Assembly (NCBI GenBank): GCA_003696425.1
Contig: RFHI01000104.1
Span: 1-51,247, forward strand
Length of the DNA stretch: 51,247 nt
Direction: 5' to 3'
DNA from: Candidatus Dadabacteria bacterium
GTDB taxonomy: Bacteria; Bdellovibrionota_C; UBA2361; J046
Shown here: one piece after another, positions 42,389 to 51,247 of the stretch
Numbering within the stretch: position 1 is the first letter of the stretch
Layout: each line of letters starts with the position of its first letter
The notes under the pieces: generated by a model
Told to the model about the DNA's origin: nothing
What the model saw: the letters and a program-made list of their open reading frames with translations, nothing else
Database searches by the model: none
Made by a program: the position numbers and the translations under genes

Positions 42389-42655
42389 CTACTTCTTCTT
42401 GGACGAGTGCCCGTGATATGTTCTGGTGGGTGAAAATTCCCCAAGCTTATGTCCCACCATATTCTCAGTAACAAACACCGGATTAAACTTTTTGCCATTA
42501 TGCACAGCAAAGGTTAACCCGATCATCTCTGGAGTAATGGTCGAACGACGCGACCACGTCTTAATAACCCCTTTATGCTGACCAGAGCGCGCACGCTCTA
42601 CCCACTTCATCAGGTGATCATCAACAAACGGACCTTTTTTAAGCGATCTCGGCAT
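42389..42655 (-). CDS. rpsS: 30S ribosomal protein S19
   Basis: [19 protein letters not shown]...[27 protein letters not shown]...[12 protein letters not shown]. Confidence 0.97.
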   Translation of the reverse strand: MPRSLKKGPFVDDHLMKWVERARSGQHKGVIKTWSRRSTITPEMIGLTFAVHNGKKFNPVFVTENMVGHKLGEFSPTRTYHGHSSKKK

Positions 42656-42663
42656 AGCTCTAA

Positions 42664-43497
42664 TTACCTCCGTTTCTTACTACGTCTGCGCACTATAAAT
42701 TTACTTGTTCTCTTATTACGACGAGTCTTAAAACCCTTGGTTGGTTTACCGCTAGGAGTACACGGATGCCGACCACCAGCCGATTTGCCTTCACCACCAC
42801 CCATTGGATGATCAACAGGGTTTTTGGCAACACCACGAGTATGCGGACGGCGATTTAACCATCGGCTTCGACCAGCTTTACCAAGATCTATATTCTGGTG
42901 CTCAGCATTGCCAACCTGCCCAATAGTGGCATAACACTCATGAAAAACCTTTCGCATCTCTCCAGAGGGCATCCTTAAAAGCACATAACGCCCTTCTTTA
43001 GCCTGAAGCTGCGCTGCTGTACCGGCCGACCGAACAAGTTGACCTCCTTTGCCAATCTTAAGTTCTATATTGTGAACTGACTCACCGGTCGGGATATTTT
43101 TCAGAGGCATTGCGTTGCCCGGTTTAATTTCCGCCTGCTCAGAAGCAAGAATCGTATCACCAACCTTCAGTCCACGCGGAGCAAGAATATAGCGCTTTTC
43201 TCCATCTAGATAATGAATTAAGGCAATCCTTGCCGAACGATTTGGATCATACTCAAGAGCTGCTACTCTACCGGGAATTCCACGTTTATCACGCCGAAAA
43301 TCAATTACCCTGTAGCGGCGTTTATGTCCGCCGCCTTTATTGATATTGGTTGTCCTGCCACTACTGTTACGCCCACCAGTACTTGTGTATTTTCTCAGAA
43401 GCGATTTTTCCGGCTTCTTCTTAGTGAGCATACTAAAATCAGCCACAGTAAAATATCTGCGTCCCGGAGTTATTGGCTTGAATTTCTTAAGTGCCAT
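42664..43497 (-). CDS. rplB: 50S ribosomal protein L2
   Basis: [14 protein letters not shown]...[10 protein letters not shown]...[13 protein letters not shown]...[10 protein letters not shown]. Confidence 0.97.
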   Translation of the reverse strand: MALKKFKPITPGRRYFTVADFSMLTKKKPEKSLLRKYTSTGGRNSSGRTTNINKGGGHKRRYRVIDFRRDKRGIPGRVAALEYDPNRSARIALIHYLDGEKRYILAPRGLKVGDTILASEQAEIKPGNAMPLKNIPTGESVHNIELKIGKGGQLVRSAGTAAQLQAKEGRYVLLRMPSGEMRKVFHECYATIGQVGNAEHQNIDLGKAGRSRWLNRRPHTRGVAKNPVDHPMGGGEGKSAGGRHPCTPSGKPTKGFKTRRNKRTSKFIVRRRSKKRR

Positions 43498-43501
43498 TTC
43501 G

Positions 43502-43822
43502 CTACAGTCCTTCTACAATATCAATCGAATGTCCTTCCTTTAACGTCACATAGGCCTTTTTAAATGCAGCCCTGTGGCCAGCAGAGCGGGTAGTTCTTTT
43601 GAGCTTGCCCAAATAATTAGCCGTTCTAACAGCCACCACTTCAACCTTAAATGCCCGCTCAATAGCTCGCCTAATATCTGTTTTGGTGGCAGATCGCGCT
43701 ACCTTAAAAACGACTGTACGTCCATCTTCACCCGCAAGAGAACTTTTCTCGGTAATTACCGGCCGTTGAATCACCTTATAATCATTCACACTGGCCGGCT
43801 CTTTTTTGTTATCTCTAGCCAT
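43502..43822 (-). CDS. rplW: 50S ribosomal protein L23
   Basis: ...[46 protein letters not shown]. Confidence 0.95.
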   Translation of the reverse strand: MARDNKKEPASVNDYKVIQRPVITEKSSLAGEDGRTVVFKVARSATKTDIRRAIERAFKVEVVAVRTANYLGKLKRTTRSAGHRAAFKKAYVTLKEGHSIDIVEGL

Positions 43823-43833
43823 CGTTATTATCC

Positions 43834-44487
43834 TTAATTTTCACTGGCAACTTTTAATACTCTCTGCTGCAAAGCCTCAATTGCAGCACGTGTAGTTAAA
43901 ACATGCCCGCGCCGCATAAGGTCATACACATTAGCTCCTTCTACCGGAAGAAGTGTCACTCCAGGTATATTACGCCCAGCGCGCCAGACCTTTTCATCTT
44001 TCTCTGGCAAAACAACTAAAACTCCTCTGGCACAATCAACACCTAATTGATCCAACATGTTTTTGAAATCTCTGGTTTTGCCACTTTCCACTTCCAGCCT
44101 GTCTAGAACAGTTATCCTACCCTCACGCTGCCTGTCGGTTAAAACCGATGCCAGGGCTTGCCGCCTCAACCGCCTTGAAAGACGTGAATTATAGCTTCGG
44201 GGCTTGGGTCCATGAGCAACCCCACCACCAACCCAAACAGGTGATGTGTTACTTCCAGCCCTGGCACGGCCACTGCCCTTCTGCCTCCAGGGCTTACGCC
44301 CGCCACCTTTCATATCACCACGAGTTAGCGTAGAGTGAGTGCCCGATCGCCGTTTGGCAAGCTGCCAGCGAACCGTCTGGTAAACAAGCCCCTCATTAAC
44401 CTTGGCAGCAAATACAGCCGGATCAAGCTCAAGGGAGTCTACTTCTTTTCCCGACATATCCAACACTTTCTGAGATACCTTTTCCAA
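43834..44487 (-). CDS. rplD: 50S ribosomal protein L4
   Basis: ...VRWQLAKRRSGTHSTLTRGDMKGGGRKPWRQKGSGRARAGS...SPVWVGGGVAHGP. Confidence 0.96.
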   Translation of the reverse strand: MEKVSQKVLDMSGKEVDSLELDPAVFAAKVNEGLVYQTVRWQLAKRRSGTHSTLTRGDMKGGGRKPWRQKGSGRARAGSNTSPVWVGGGVAHGPKPRSYNSRLSRRLRRQALASVLTDRQREGRITVLDRLEVESGKTRDFKNMLDQLGVDCARGVLVVLPEKDEKVWRAGRNIPGVTLLPVEGANVYDLMRRGHVLTTRAAIEALQQRVLKVASEN

Positions 44488-44509
44488 CTCTCTATCTCCC
44501 GTTTAATTA

Positions 44510-45214
44510 TCAGGCAGCTTCCTTCTGATCGGCGGTTTTCGGAGCTCTAGGTTTGTAGCCCTTCACAGCACGCCGAATAATAACAAGGCTACCCTTAGCG
44601 CCCGGAACTGCCCCTTTCACCAGCACGACATTCTCTTCAGGCCTGATTCCCATCACCTTCAGGTTCTGTACAGTAACCTTTGCATTACCCATATGTCCCG
44701 GCATCTTTTGGTTCTTCCAGATGCGCCCTGGAAATTTTCTGCACCCGACCGACCCAATATTACGACGAGCTTCATGCGTACCGCGCGTAGCCGGTTGCCC
44801 GCGCACGCCAAACCTTCTCACAACCCCTGAAAACCCTCTACCGATTGAATAGCCGGTAACGTCCACCTTCTCGCCCTCTTCAAAGACATCTTCAGGTTTT
44901 AGCTCTTGACCCAAGGTCCCCCAACCAAGCGCATCTACATCGCAACGAACTTCGCGCACATGATAAAAGGCCCCTTTACCGGCTTTAGCAAAATGCCCTC
45001 GCATTGCTTTATTTACCCGTTGCTGCTTTTTCGGCTCAATGCCAAGCTGAACAGCAGAATAACCATCTTTCTCGCGTGTCTTTACTGCTGTCACATAACA
45101 CGGCCCTACCCGCAAAACAGTGACCGGGACACAACTACCATCGTCAGTAAATATTTGTGTCATTCCGATCTTTTTGCCGATCAAGCCCTCAGGATAGACC
45201 TTTTCGGTTGTCAT
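44510..45214 (-). CDS. rplC: 50S ribosomal protein L3
   Basis: ...GLIGKKIGMTQIFTDDGSCVPVTVL...GYSIGRGFSGVVRRFG...GSVGCRKFPGRIWKNQKMPGHMG. Confidence 0.96.
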   Translation of the reverse strand: MTTEKVYPEGLIGKKIGMTQIFTDDGSCVPVTVLRVGPCYVTAVKTREKDGYSAVQLGIEPKKQQRVNKAMRGHFAKAGKGAFYHVREVRCDVDALGWGTLGQELKPEDVFEEGEKVDVTGYSIGRGFSGVVRRFGVRGQPATRGTHEARRNIGSVGCRKFPGRIWKNQKMPGHMGNAKVTVQNLKVMGIRPEENVVLVKGAVPGAKGSLVIIRRAVKGYKPRAPKTADQKEAA

Positions 45215-45277
45215 TAACCTGCTCCTGAAATTATTATTAGTCTAGTCTTCCACTAACTCACTTCTCAATACAGCCAG

Positions 45278-45592
45278 CTACTGAAGCTTAATTTCCACAT
45301 CAATACCAGTTGAAAGCTCCAGCTTACCCAACTCATCAATAGTCTGCTGAGTAGGCTCTAGGATATCGAGCAAGCGCTTATGCGTTCTAATCTCAAACTG
45401 CTCACGCGACTTCTTATCAATAAAAGTCGACCTATTAACAGTAAAACGCTCAATCCTGGTAGGCAACGGAATCGGCCCGGCAACCCTACCTCCGGTCCGG
45501 CGTACTGTTGAGACGATCTCACTTACCGCCGTGTCAAGCAGTTTGTGATCATATCCCTTAAGTCTAATTCTTATTAGCTGACCGCCTAACAT
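45278..45592 (-). CDS. rpsJ: 30S ribosomal protein S10
   Basis: ...[49 protein letters not shown]...[12 protein letters not shown]. Confidence 0.97.
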   Translation of the reverse strand: MLGGQLIRIRLKGYDHKLLDTAVSEIVSTVRRTGGRVAGPIPLPTRIERFTVNRSTFIDKKSREQFEIRTHKRLLDILEPTQQTIDELGKLELSTGIDVEIKLQ

Positions 45593-45605
45593 CTATTCTT
45601 CCTAT

Positions 45606-45630
45606 AAAAGGCCGCGGCAAAACCGCGGCC
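45606..45630 (-). terminator. hairpin + U-run between tuf and rpsJ (terminator/attenuator)
   Basis: The minus strand reads GGCCGCGGttttgCCGCGGCC followed by TTTTATAGGAAGaatagATG. It is an 8-bp all-GC stem, and the U-run leads straight into the rpsJ SD. Confidence 0.6.
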
Positions 45631-45638
45631 AGTTAGTG

Positions 45639-46835
45639 CTATTCAACCACTTCGGTAACAACACCGGAGCCTACAGTCCTGCCACCTTCACGGATAGCAA
45701 AACGGGACTGTTTTTCCATAGCAATTGGCTGAAGCAGCTCCACTTCAAGATTGATGTGATCACCGGGCATAGCCATCTCCACACCTTCGGGTAGCTTAAT
45801 AGTACCGGTAACATCAGTAGTCCTGAAATAGAACTGTGGCCGATAACCCGTAAAAAACGGCTTGTGACGACCACCCTCTTCCTTTTTGAGGATATAAGCC
45901 TCAGCCTTAAACTTTGTGTGAGGTGTAATTGAACCAGGCTTGGCTAAAACCTGTCCCCTTTCCACCTCATTACGCTTAAGACCACGGAGCAAACAACCGA
46001 CATTGTCGCCAGCCTGTCCCTCATCAAGCATCTTACGGAACATTTCTACACCGGTAACAACAGTTTTCTTGGTCTCATGCAAACCAACAATTTCAACTTC
46101 ATCACCAACTTTGATGACACCTCTTTCAATTCTACCAGTAGCAACCGTACCTCGACCTTCGATAGAAAATACATCTTCCACCGGCATAAGGAACGGTTTA
46201 TCAGTGTCACGCTCAGGAATAGGAATATACTCATCAACCGCTGCCAGCAGTTTATCAATGCTGCCCTTACCAATTTCACTATCTTCACCTTGAAGGGCTT
46301 TAAGCGCACTTCCTCTGATAATGGGTGTGTCATCACCAGGGAAATCATATTCACTTAATAAATCACGCACTTCCATCTCAACCAGATCAAGCAGTTCCTC
46401 ATCATCAACTGTATCTACCTTATTCAGGAAGACAACTATCTTAGGCACACCAACCTGCCTTGCCAGCAGAATATGTTCACGGGTCTGCGGCATCGGGCCA
46501 TCAGCTGCACTAACCACCAGTATTGCACCGTCCATCTGCGCAGCACCGGTAATCATGTTTTTCACGTAGTCAGCATGCCCCGGGCAATCCACATGAGCAT
46601 AGTGCCTATTTTCGCTCTCATACTCCACGTGAGCACTTGCAATTGTTACCGTCTTAGTTTCATCTCTAACGGTACCTCCTTTAGCGATATCAGCATATGA
46701 CTTAACCTGCGCCAAATTTTTGGCCGCCTGCACACTTAAAATCGCTGCCGTTAGAGTCGTCTTCCCGTGGTCAACATGTCCAATCGTACCAACATTCACG
46801 TGTGGTTTTTTTCGTTCGAATTTTTCCTTCGACAT
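45639..46835 (-). CDS. tuf: elongation factor Tu
   Basis: 398 aa. [54 protein letters not shown] caGGAGctaaactATG. Confidence 0.98.
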   Translation of the reverse strand: MSKEKFERKKPHVNVGTIGHVDHGKTTLTAAILSVQAAKNLAQVKSYADIAKGGTVRDETKTVTIASAHVEYESENRHYAHVDCPGHADYVKNMITGAAQMDGAILVVSAADGPMPQTREHILLARQVGVPKIVVFLNKVDTVDDEELLDLVEMEVRDLLSEYDFPGDDTPIIRGSALKALQGEDSEIGKGSIDKLLAAVDEYIPIPERDTDKPFLMPVEDVFSIEGRGTVATGRIERGVIKVGDEVEIVGLHETKKTVVTGVEMFRKMLDEGQAGDNVGCLLRGLKRNEVERGQVLAKPGSITPHTKFKAEAYILKKEEGGRHKPFFTGYRPQFYFRTTDVTGTIKLPEGVEMAMPGDHINLEVELLQPIAMEKQSRFAIREGGRTVGSGVVTEVVE

Positions 46836-46857
46836 AGTTTAGCTCCTGTGTTTCCGT

Positions 46858-46952
46858 TATAACGATTCACAAGAAACAGCATCTGAGAGGCAATCAGCAG
46901 TACAACATATTAAGCACCACCATGCCCCAATACATTTCTTACGAATCGTTAC
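46858..46952 (-). promoter_or_regulatory. 18-bp long-range helix in the fusA-tuf intergenic transcript
   Basis: On the minus strand GTAACGATTCGTAAGAAA (46952-46935) pairs with TTTCTTGTGAATCGTTAT (46875-46858). That gives 15 Watson-Crick pairs plus 3 G-U pairs around a 59-nt loop. On the plus strand the 3 positions would be A-C mismatches. Confidence 0.5.
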
Positions 46953-46995
46953 TTATAATTAAATAACAATCCCCTTCAATACTCAAAACAATGAG

Positions 46996-49095
46996 TTACT
47001 TCGCAATCAAACTCTCGGCTATGTGTGCCGGCACCGGATCATAATGGTGAAACTCCATAGTAAAGGTCGCCCGCCCTTGGGAATTCGACCTTAAATCAGT
47101 GGAGTAACCAAACATCTCCGAAAGTGGCACTTCAGCCTTAACTGCCTGCGCACCACCCCTGGGCTCCATACCGAGAATTTTTGCTCTACGTCTATTTAAA
47201 TCCCCGACGATATTACTAACAAAATCATCAGGGCAAACCACCTCAACGCTCATAATAGGCTCAAGAAGCTGTAAGCCAGCTTTTTTGCAGGCTTCCTTGA
47301 TACACATTGAACCTGCGATCTTAAAGGCCATCTCGCTTGAGTCAACTTCATGATAACTTCCGTAGTAGAGCGTCGCCCTTAAATCTATAACTGGATAACC
47401 TGCCAAGATACCAGTGGCCAGAGCCTCCTCAACTCCCGCCTTAACAGCCGGTATATATTCCTTGGGGATAACCCCGCCCTTAATCTCGTCCACAAATTCA
47501 AATCCACTGCCAGGTTCAAGCGGCTCAACACGTAAAAATACATGCCCATACTGCCCGCGGCCACCTGTTTGCTTGGCGTACTTAACCTCATGCTCAACTT
47601 TACTGGTTATCGTCTCTCGGTAAGCCACCTGCGGTTTGCCCACCGTAGTGGATACATTAAACTCCCGCAGCAACCTGTCCTGAATTACCTCCAAATGGAG
47701 TTCGCCCATTCCTGCGATAATAGTCTGACCTGACTCCTGATCAGTACTGACCTTGAGAGATGGATCTTCTTTAGCCAGCTTCATTAAGGCCAAACCCATC
47801 TTTTCTTCATCTGCCCTGGTTTTTGGCTCAATTGCCACACTAATAACTGGCTCAGGAGCATGAATCGACTCAAGCACTATCGGAGCAGCTGGATCACAAA
47901 GCGTGTCACCGGTCATTGTTTCTTTAAGCCCGACCGCAGCTCCAATATCACCAGCCTCAATAACTTTAACCTCCTCACGTTTATCAGCGTGAATCCGGAG
48001 AATACGTCCAATACGCTCCTTTTTATCACGGGTCGAATTAAGCACAGTACTACCTGGTTCAAGTCGACCTGAATAAACACGGAAAAAAGTTAGCACACCT
48101 ACATAAGGATCGGTGATAATCTTAAAGGCCAGAGCACAAAATGGTTCATTAGGATCAGCATGGCGCTCAAGCTTACCCTCATCTTCCAGCGCCGCCCCTG
48201 GCTCAGAACCGCGAATAGCCGGAACATCCAGCGGAGATGGTAAATAATCTACAACAGCATCAAGCAGCGGCTGCACCCCTTTGTTCTTAAAGGCACTTCC
48301 ACAAAGCACCGGAAAAATTTCATTCGACAAAGTTGCTTTTCTAAGAGCGGCTTTAATCTCCTCAACAGAAAGCTCCTCACCGCCGAGATATTTCTCCATA
48401 AAAGCTTCGTCAGTTTCAGAAATTGCCTCAAGCAGATACTCCCTGGCTCGCTGAGCATCGTCTACCAGGTCAGCGGGAACATCAACCTCATTAAACTTGG
48501 CACCAAGCGTCTCATCTTCGTAAACTATGCCCTTCATTTTAACTAAGTCAACGACCCCCTGGAGATTACTCTCAGCACCAATTGGGATCTGAATGGGCAC
48601 ACCATTGGCCCCCAGCCGCTCCCTGATAGATTCAACACACTTACTGAAGTCAGCTCCCAGTCGGTCCAACTTATTAATAAAGCACAACCTGGGCACACCA
48701 AATTTATTAGCCTGCCTCCATACCGTTTCAGACTGTGGCTCTACTCCAGCAACACCATCAAACACGGCAATAGCACCATCAAGCACACGCAAACTGCGCT
48801 CCACCTCAATTGTAAAATCAACGTGCCCCGGAGTATCAATTATGTTTATCTGGTGAGCAGGCAGATTGCCGTCTGAACCTTTCCATTCGCAGGTAGTAGC
48901 AGCTGATGTGATCGTGATGCCGCGCTCCTGCTCCAGCTCCATATAGTCCATGGTGGCAGCGCCATCATGCACCTCCCCAATCTTATAATTTATACCGGTA
49001 TAATAGAGGATGCGCTCGGTAGTTGTAGTCTTACCGGCATCAATATGCGCCATAATACCGATATTTCTAACCCGTTTTAAATCTCTTTTGGCCAC
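46996..49095 (-). CDS. fusA: elongation factor G
   Basis: 699 aa. [57 protein letters not shown]. Confidence 0.98.
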   Translation of the reverse strand: MAKRDLKRVRNIGIMAHIDAGKTTTTERILYYTGINYKIGEVHDGAATMDYMELEQERGITITSAATTCEWKGSDGNLPAHQINIIDTPGHVDFTIEVERSLRVLDGAIAVFDGVAGVEPQSETVWRQANKFGVPRLCFINKLDRLGADFSKCVESIRERLGANGVPIQIPIGAESNLQGVVDLVKMKGIVYEDETLGAKFNEVDVPADLVDDAQRAREYLLEAISETDEAFMEKYLGGEELSVEEIKAALRKATLSNEIFPVLCGSAFKNKGVQPLLDAVVDYLPSPLDVPAIRGSEPGAALEDEGKLERHADPNEPFCALAFKIITDPYVGVLTFFRVYSGRLEPGSTVLNSTRDKKERIGRILRIHADKREEVKVIEAGDIGAAVGLKETMTGDTLCDPAAPIVLESIHAPEPVISVAIEPKTRADEEKMGLALMKLAKEDPSLKVSTDQESGQTIIAGMGELHLEVIQDRLLREFNVSTTVGKPQVAYRETITSKVEHEVKYAKQTGGRGQYGHVFLRVEPLEPGSGFEFVDEIKGGVIPKEYIPAVKAGVEEALATGILAGYPVIDLRATLYYGSYHEVDSSEMAFKIAGSMCIKEACKKAGLQLLEPIMSVEVVCPDDFVSNIVGDLNRRRAKILGMEPRGGAQAVKAEVPLSEMFGYSTDLRSNSQGRATFTMEFHHYDPVPAHIAESLIAK

Positions 49096-49107
49096 CTTAA
49101 AACTTCC

Positions 49108-49578
49108 TTACCACCTAAAATGTGAAAACGCCTTGTTTGCCTCCGCCATACGATGGGTATCTTCACGCTTCTTAACTGCAATACCACGGTTATTGGCGGC
49201 ATCAATAATTTCTCCTGCCAGCCTGTCTGATAACCTGCGTTCGCCACGCTGATTAGCTGCGGTTGTAAGCCACCTTATAGACAGCGCCTCAGCTCTGGCT
49301 GGCCTTACTTCAGTCGGCACCTGGTATGTAGCGCCTCCGACACGTCTTGAACGCACCTCAACAACCGGCCTTACATTTGCAAGAGCTTTATGAAACATCT
49401 CAAGCGGATCTTCATTTGAAACCATCTTAACCTTGTCAAAAGCTTTATATAGCTCCCGCTCAGCAACGCTTTTCTTGCCGTTTTTCATCAGCACATTTAC
49501 GGTCCTTGTGACCATAACGTCACCAAATTTGGGATCAGGAAGAATTACTCGACTGTAATCTCTTTTTTTTCTAGACAT
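49108..49578 (-). CDS. rpsG: 30S ribosomal protein S7
   Basis: [40 protein letters not shown]...[16 protein letters not shown]. Confidence 0.97.
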   Translation of the reverse strand: MSRKKRDYSRVILPDPKFGDVMVTRTVNVLMKNGKKSVAERELYKAFDKVKMVSNEDPLEMFHKALANVRPVVEVRSRRVGGATYQVPTEVRPARAEALSIRWLTTAANQRGERRLSDRLAGEIIDAANNRGIAVKKREDTHRMAEANKAFSHFRW

Positions 49579-49623
49579 CTTTAAATTTATCCTCGCCTAA
49601 AATCTAAATCCTCTCCCAAAAAC

Positions 49624-49995
49624 TTATTTTGGTCGTTTAGTGCCGTATTTTGAACGGCCCTGCTTACGATCCTGAACACCATGAGCTTCCAACTTGCCCC
49701 GCACTATATGATAACGAACACCCGGTAAATCCTTAACACGTCCACCACGTATTAAAACCACCGAGTGTTCCTGCAGATTATGCCCAACTCCAGGTATATA
49801 ACTGGTAACTTCAACACCAGTTGTTAATCTTACACGCGCAACTTTCCGCAAAGCAGAATTAGGTTTCTTTGGTGTCTGTGTATATACACGAGTACAGACA
49901 CCGCGCTTTTGAGGGCAGCCCCGCAAAGCCGGACACTTTGATTTAGAAGGTTTTTTCTTCCTTCTCTGGCGAACCAGTTGATTAATTGTTGGCAT
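49624..49995 (-). CDS. rpsL: 30S ribosomal protein S12
   Basis: [58 protein letters not shown]... Confidence 0.98.
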   Translation of the reverse strand: MPTINQLVRQRRKKKPSKSKCPALRGCPQKRGVCTRVYTQTPKKPNSALRKVARVRLTTGVEVTSYIPGVGHNLQEHSVVLIRGGRVKDLPGVRYHIVRGKLEAHGVQDRKQGRSKYGTKRPK

Positions 49996-50273
49996 CGTAG
50001 TCTTCTAGTTAAACAAACACAGGCGGAACCACCAGTTAAGCTTTTCACTGCCGTTGGAAACGACAGAACACAGCTTCCGCCCGATCAACATTTAAAAATA
50101 TCATGCTGCATTCCCCGAACAGACGCCCTTTCGCCATACCCGAAAGGCGCAACACTGGCAGCAATATTCCAGCTACAATCCAAGAGATGGTTACTCTACG
50201 GGGTTAGAGCATTGCATCTCCACCGCTTTATCCTGTTTAAACTCCCAAGATCGCAAGCGATTTGAGGTAGCAC

Positions 50274-50302
50274 TTATTACCCCGAAAAAGCATTAAAGTC
50301 AA
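50274..50302 (-). promoter_or_regulatory. putative str-operon promoter TTGACT-N17-TAATAA
   Basis: The minus strand reads ctgTTGACTttaatgctttttcggggTAATAAgtgc, about 280 nt upstream of the rpsL ATG. Confidence 0.35.
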
Positions 50303-50571
50303 CAGAGGCAGCAGGAAAAATTTTTACTAATAGGCGGAAACTACAGGGTAAATGGTTGCAATTGATAGTCTGGAACAACGCTTCAATGACGGGTATTACC
50401 CACGGGAGGGCTATAGATAGTATAAATTACTAATATTATTGCTTTTATTAAGTTCGGCCTTGGCCGGCGCGTATGTCCTTAAGTCAGTCTCCCATTAACA
50501 ACTTCAATTAGACAGGTAGGGACCACCCAATCAGTTCGAAGGGTATAATGTACCAGAAATCGATAGCCAGA

Positions 50572-50617
50572 ACGTCAGGATTGATTAGTTATTAATTAGC
50601 CGCGGTAAATTCGCAAA
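50572..50617 (-). repeat. 45-nt short repeat, copy 2
   Basis: The minus strand reads ttgcgaatttaccgcggctaattaataactaatcaatcctgacgt, matching 13128-13172. Its last ~14 nt also match the minus strand of 27635-27648. Confidence 0.6.
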
Positions 50618-50830
50618 ATATAATCACAGAGAGATAGTTGTTCAGGAAGACAGCCCGGGGTAACAGTGTAAAAACAGCTAAGTTCCGAATAAGTAGAGGC
50701 AGTTTGATAGTCTAAGCTGTTCACCCGTTAGACACTGGCTAAACGCACATTGTTTTAGCTGATAAGGGGATGAGTACACCCTGCGAAAGCCGGGTGGAAA
50801 AGCAATGTACGCAGGCCAATGCTCAAAGTG

Positions 50831-50985
50831 CAGCCGGTAAACTGGCTGAATTCACCTGCTAAAGGGCAACAGTTTCGAACATAACCAATACAAAAACTCT
50901 CACTGGCTGATACTTAGCCACGGGTGTACTTAAAAAAACTTACTCCGATAATTAACTCTTCTTAAAATATAACAGGATGTTAACC
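50831..50985 (-). repeat. ~160-nt non-coding block, copy L (inverted partner of 27650-27811)
   Basis: See copy T. It is followed on the minus strand by a variable insert and a second conserved 28-nt block (50760-50733, 24/28 identical to 27969-27996). Confidence 0.7.
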
Positions 50986-51094
50986 CGAATTTTTCACGAG
51001 AAATTTTAGTGTATCCAGGTTGTCCGCCTAATTTATTGGGAAAAAGATCGGTATTGCCAGGCCACTGTTTTACTACCATTAGTAGTCCTACTGC

Positions 51095-51191
51095 GAGGCG
51101 CAATTTTGGCTGATCTTGAATGAAAAAATGCTCGCCATACTCCAGTATTCCTGCGCTTTTTTAATCCAACCTCGGCTCAAAATTGCGCCTC
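51095..51191. repeat. 14-bp perfect inverted repeat flanking 69 nt
   Basis: GAGGCGCAATTTTG (51095-51108) and CAAAATTGCGCCTC (51178-51191). The stem extends to 16 of 17 positions. The loop contains the sub-hairpin ATACTggAGTAT and A/T runs. Confidence 0.8.
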
Positions 51192-51247
51192 TCGTGACGG
51201 ATTCTCATGAAAAATGCGGGTTAAGCAGAAAGCCGGATGCTGAAATC

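Overview
51.2-kb bacterial chromosomal window, roughly mid-40s % GC by eye. No rRNA, CRISPR array, transposase, integrase or phage genes were seen. The right half (28.2-50.0 kb) is a complete str-S10-spc-alpha ribosomal superoperon on the minus strand (rpsL-rpsG-fusA-tuf-rpsJ ... rpoA-rplQ). It continues directly into fabI, a small coiled-coil ORF and an LptE-like lipoprotein, and rpsT faces it on the plus strand. rpmJ (38 aa) is present but absent from the ORF track. map and infA are missing from the adk-rpmJ junction. The EF-Tu sequence recalls Planctomycetes/PVC-type EF-Tu; this comes from memory only and is low confidence. The left half is mixed. It holds a 3'-truncated c-type cytochrome/d1-propeller lipoprotein (also not in the ORF track) overlapping a FetB-like permease, and DoxX. 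It also holds an orphan TadE-TadE-TadG(vWA) module, a His-rich secreted protein, tRNA-His, two tandem curlin-repeat genes and dprA. Further along are a 691-aa acidic membrane protein with an L7/L12-CTD-like N-domain, a histone-H1-like Lys/Ala-rich protein, pyk and an OmpA-family protein. A two-component-rich stretch (hybrid HK, Rieske protein, CheY-like RR, YmdB, M48-like peptidase, atypical receiver, REC-PAS-HK) and dcd complete it. I found no convincing new multi-gene protein system. The most unusual signals are non-coding. (1) A ~160-nt block plus a 28-nt downstream block is duplicated in inverted orientation upstream of rpsT and upstream of rpsL. The two copies bracket the 23-kb ribosomal region and lie in unusually long ORF-free tracts. 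(2) A ~125-nt promoter/leader element is shared by both curlin-repeat genes and is conserved at nucleotide level, not protein level. (3) An 18-bp helix in the fusA-tuf spacer has mismatches that are all G-U on the transcribed strand. (4) Several long perfect inverted repeats and a short 45-nt repeat family are present. All calls come from reading the sequence and ORF translations by eye; no database search was possible.
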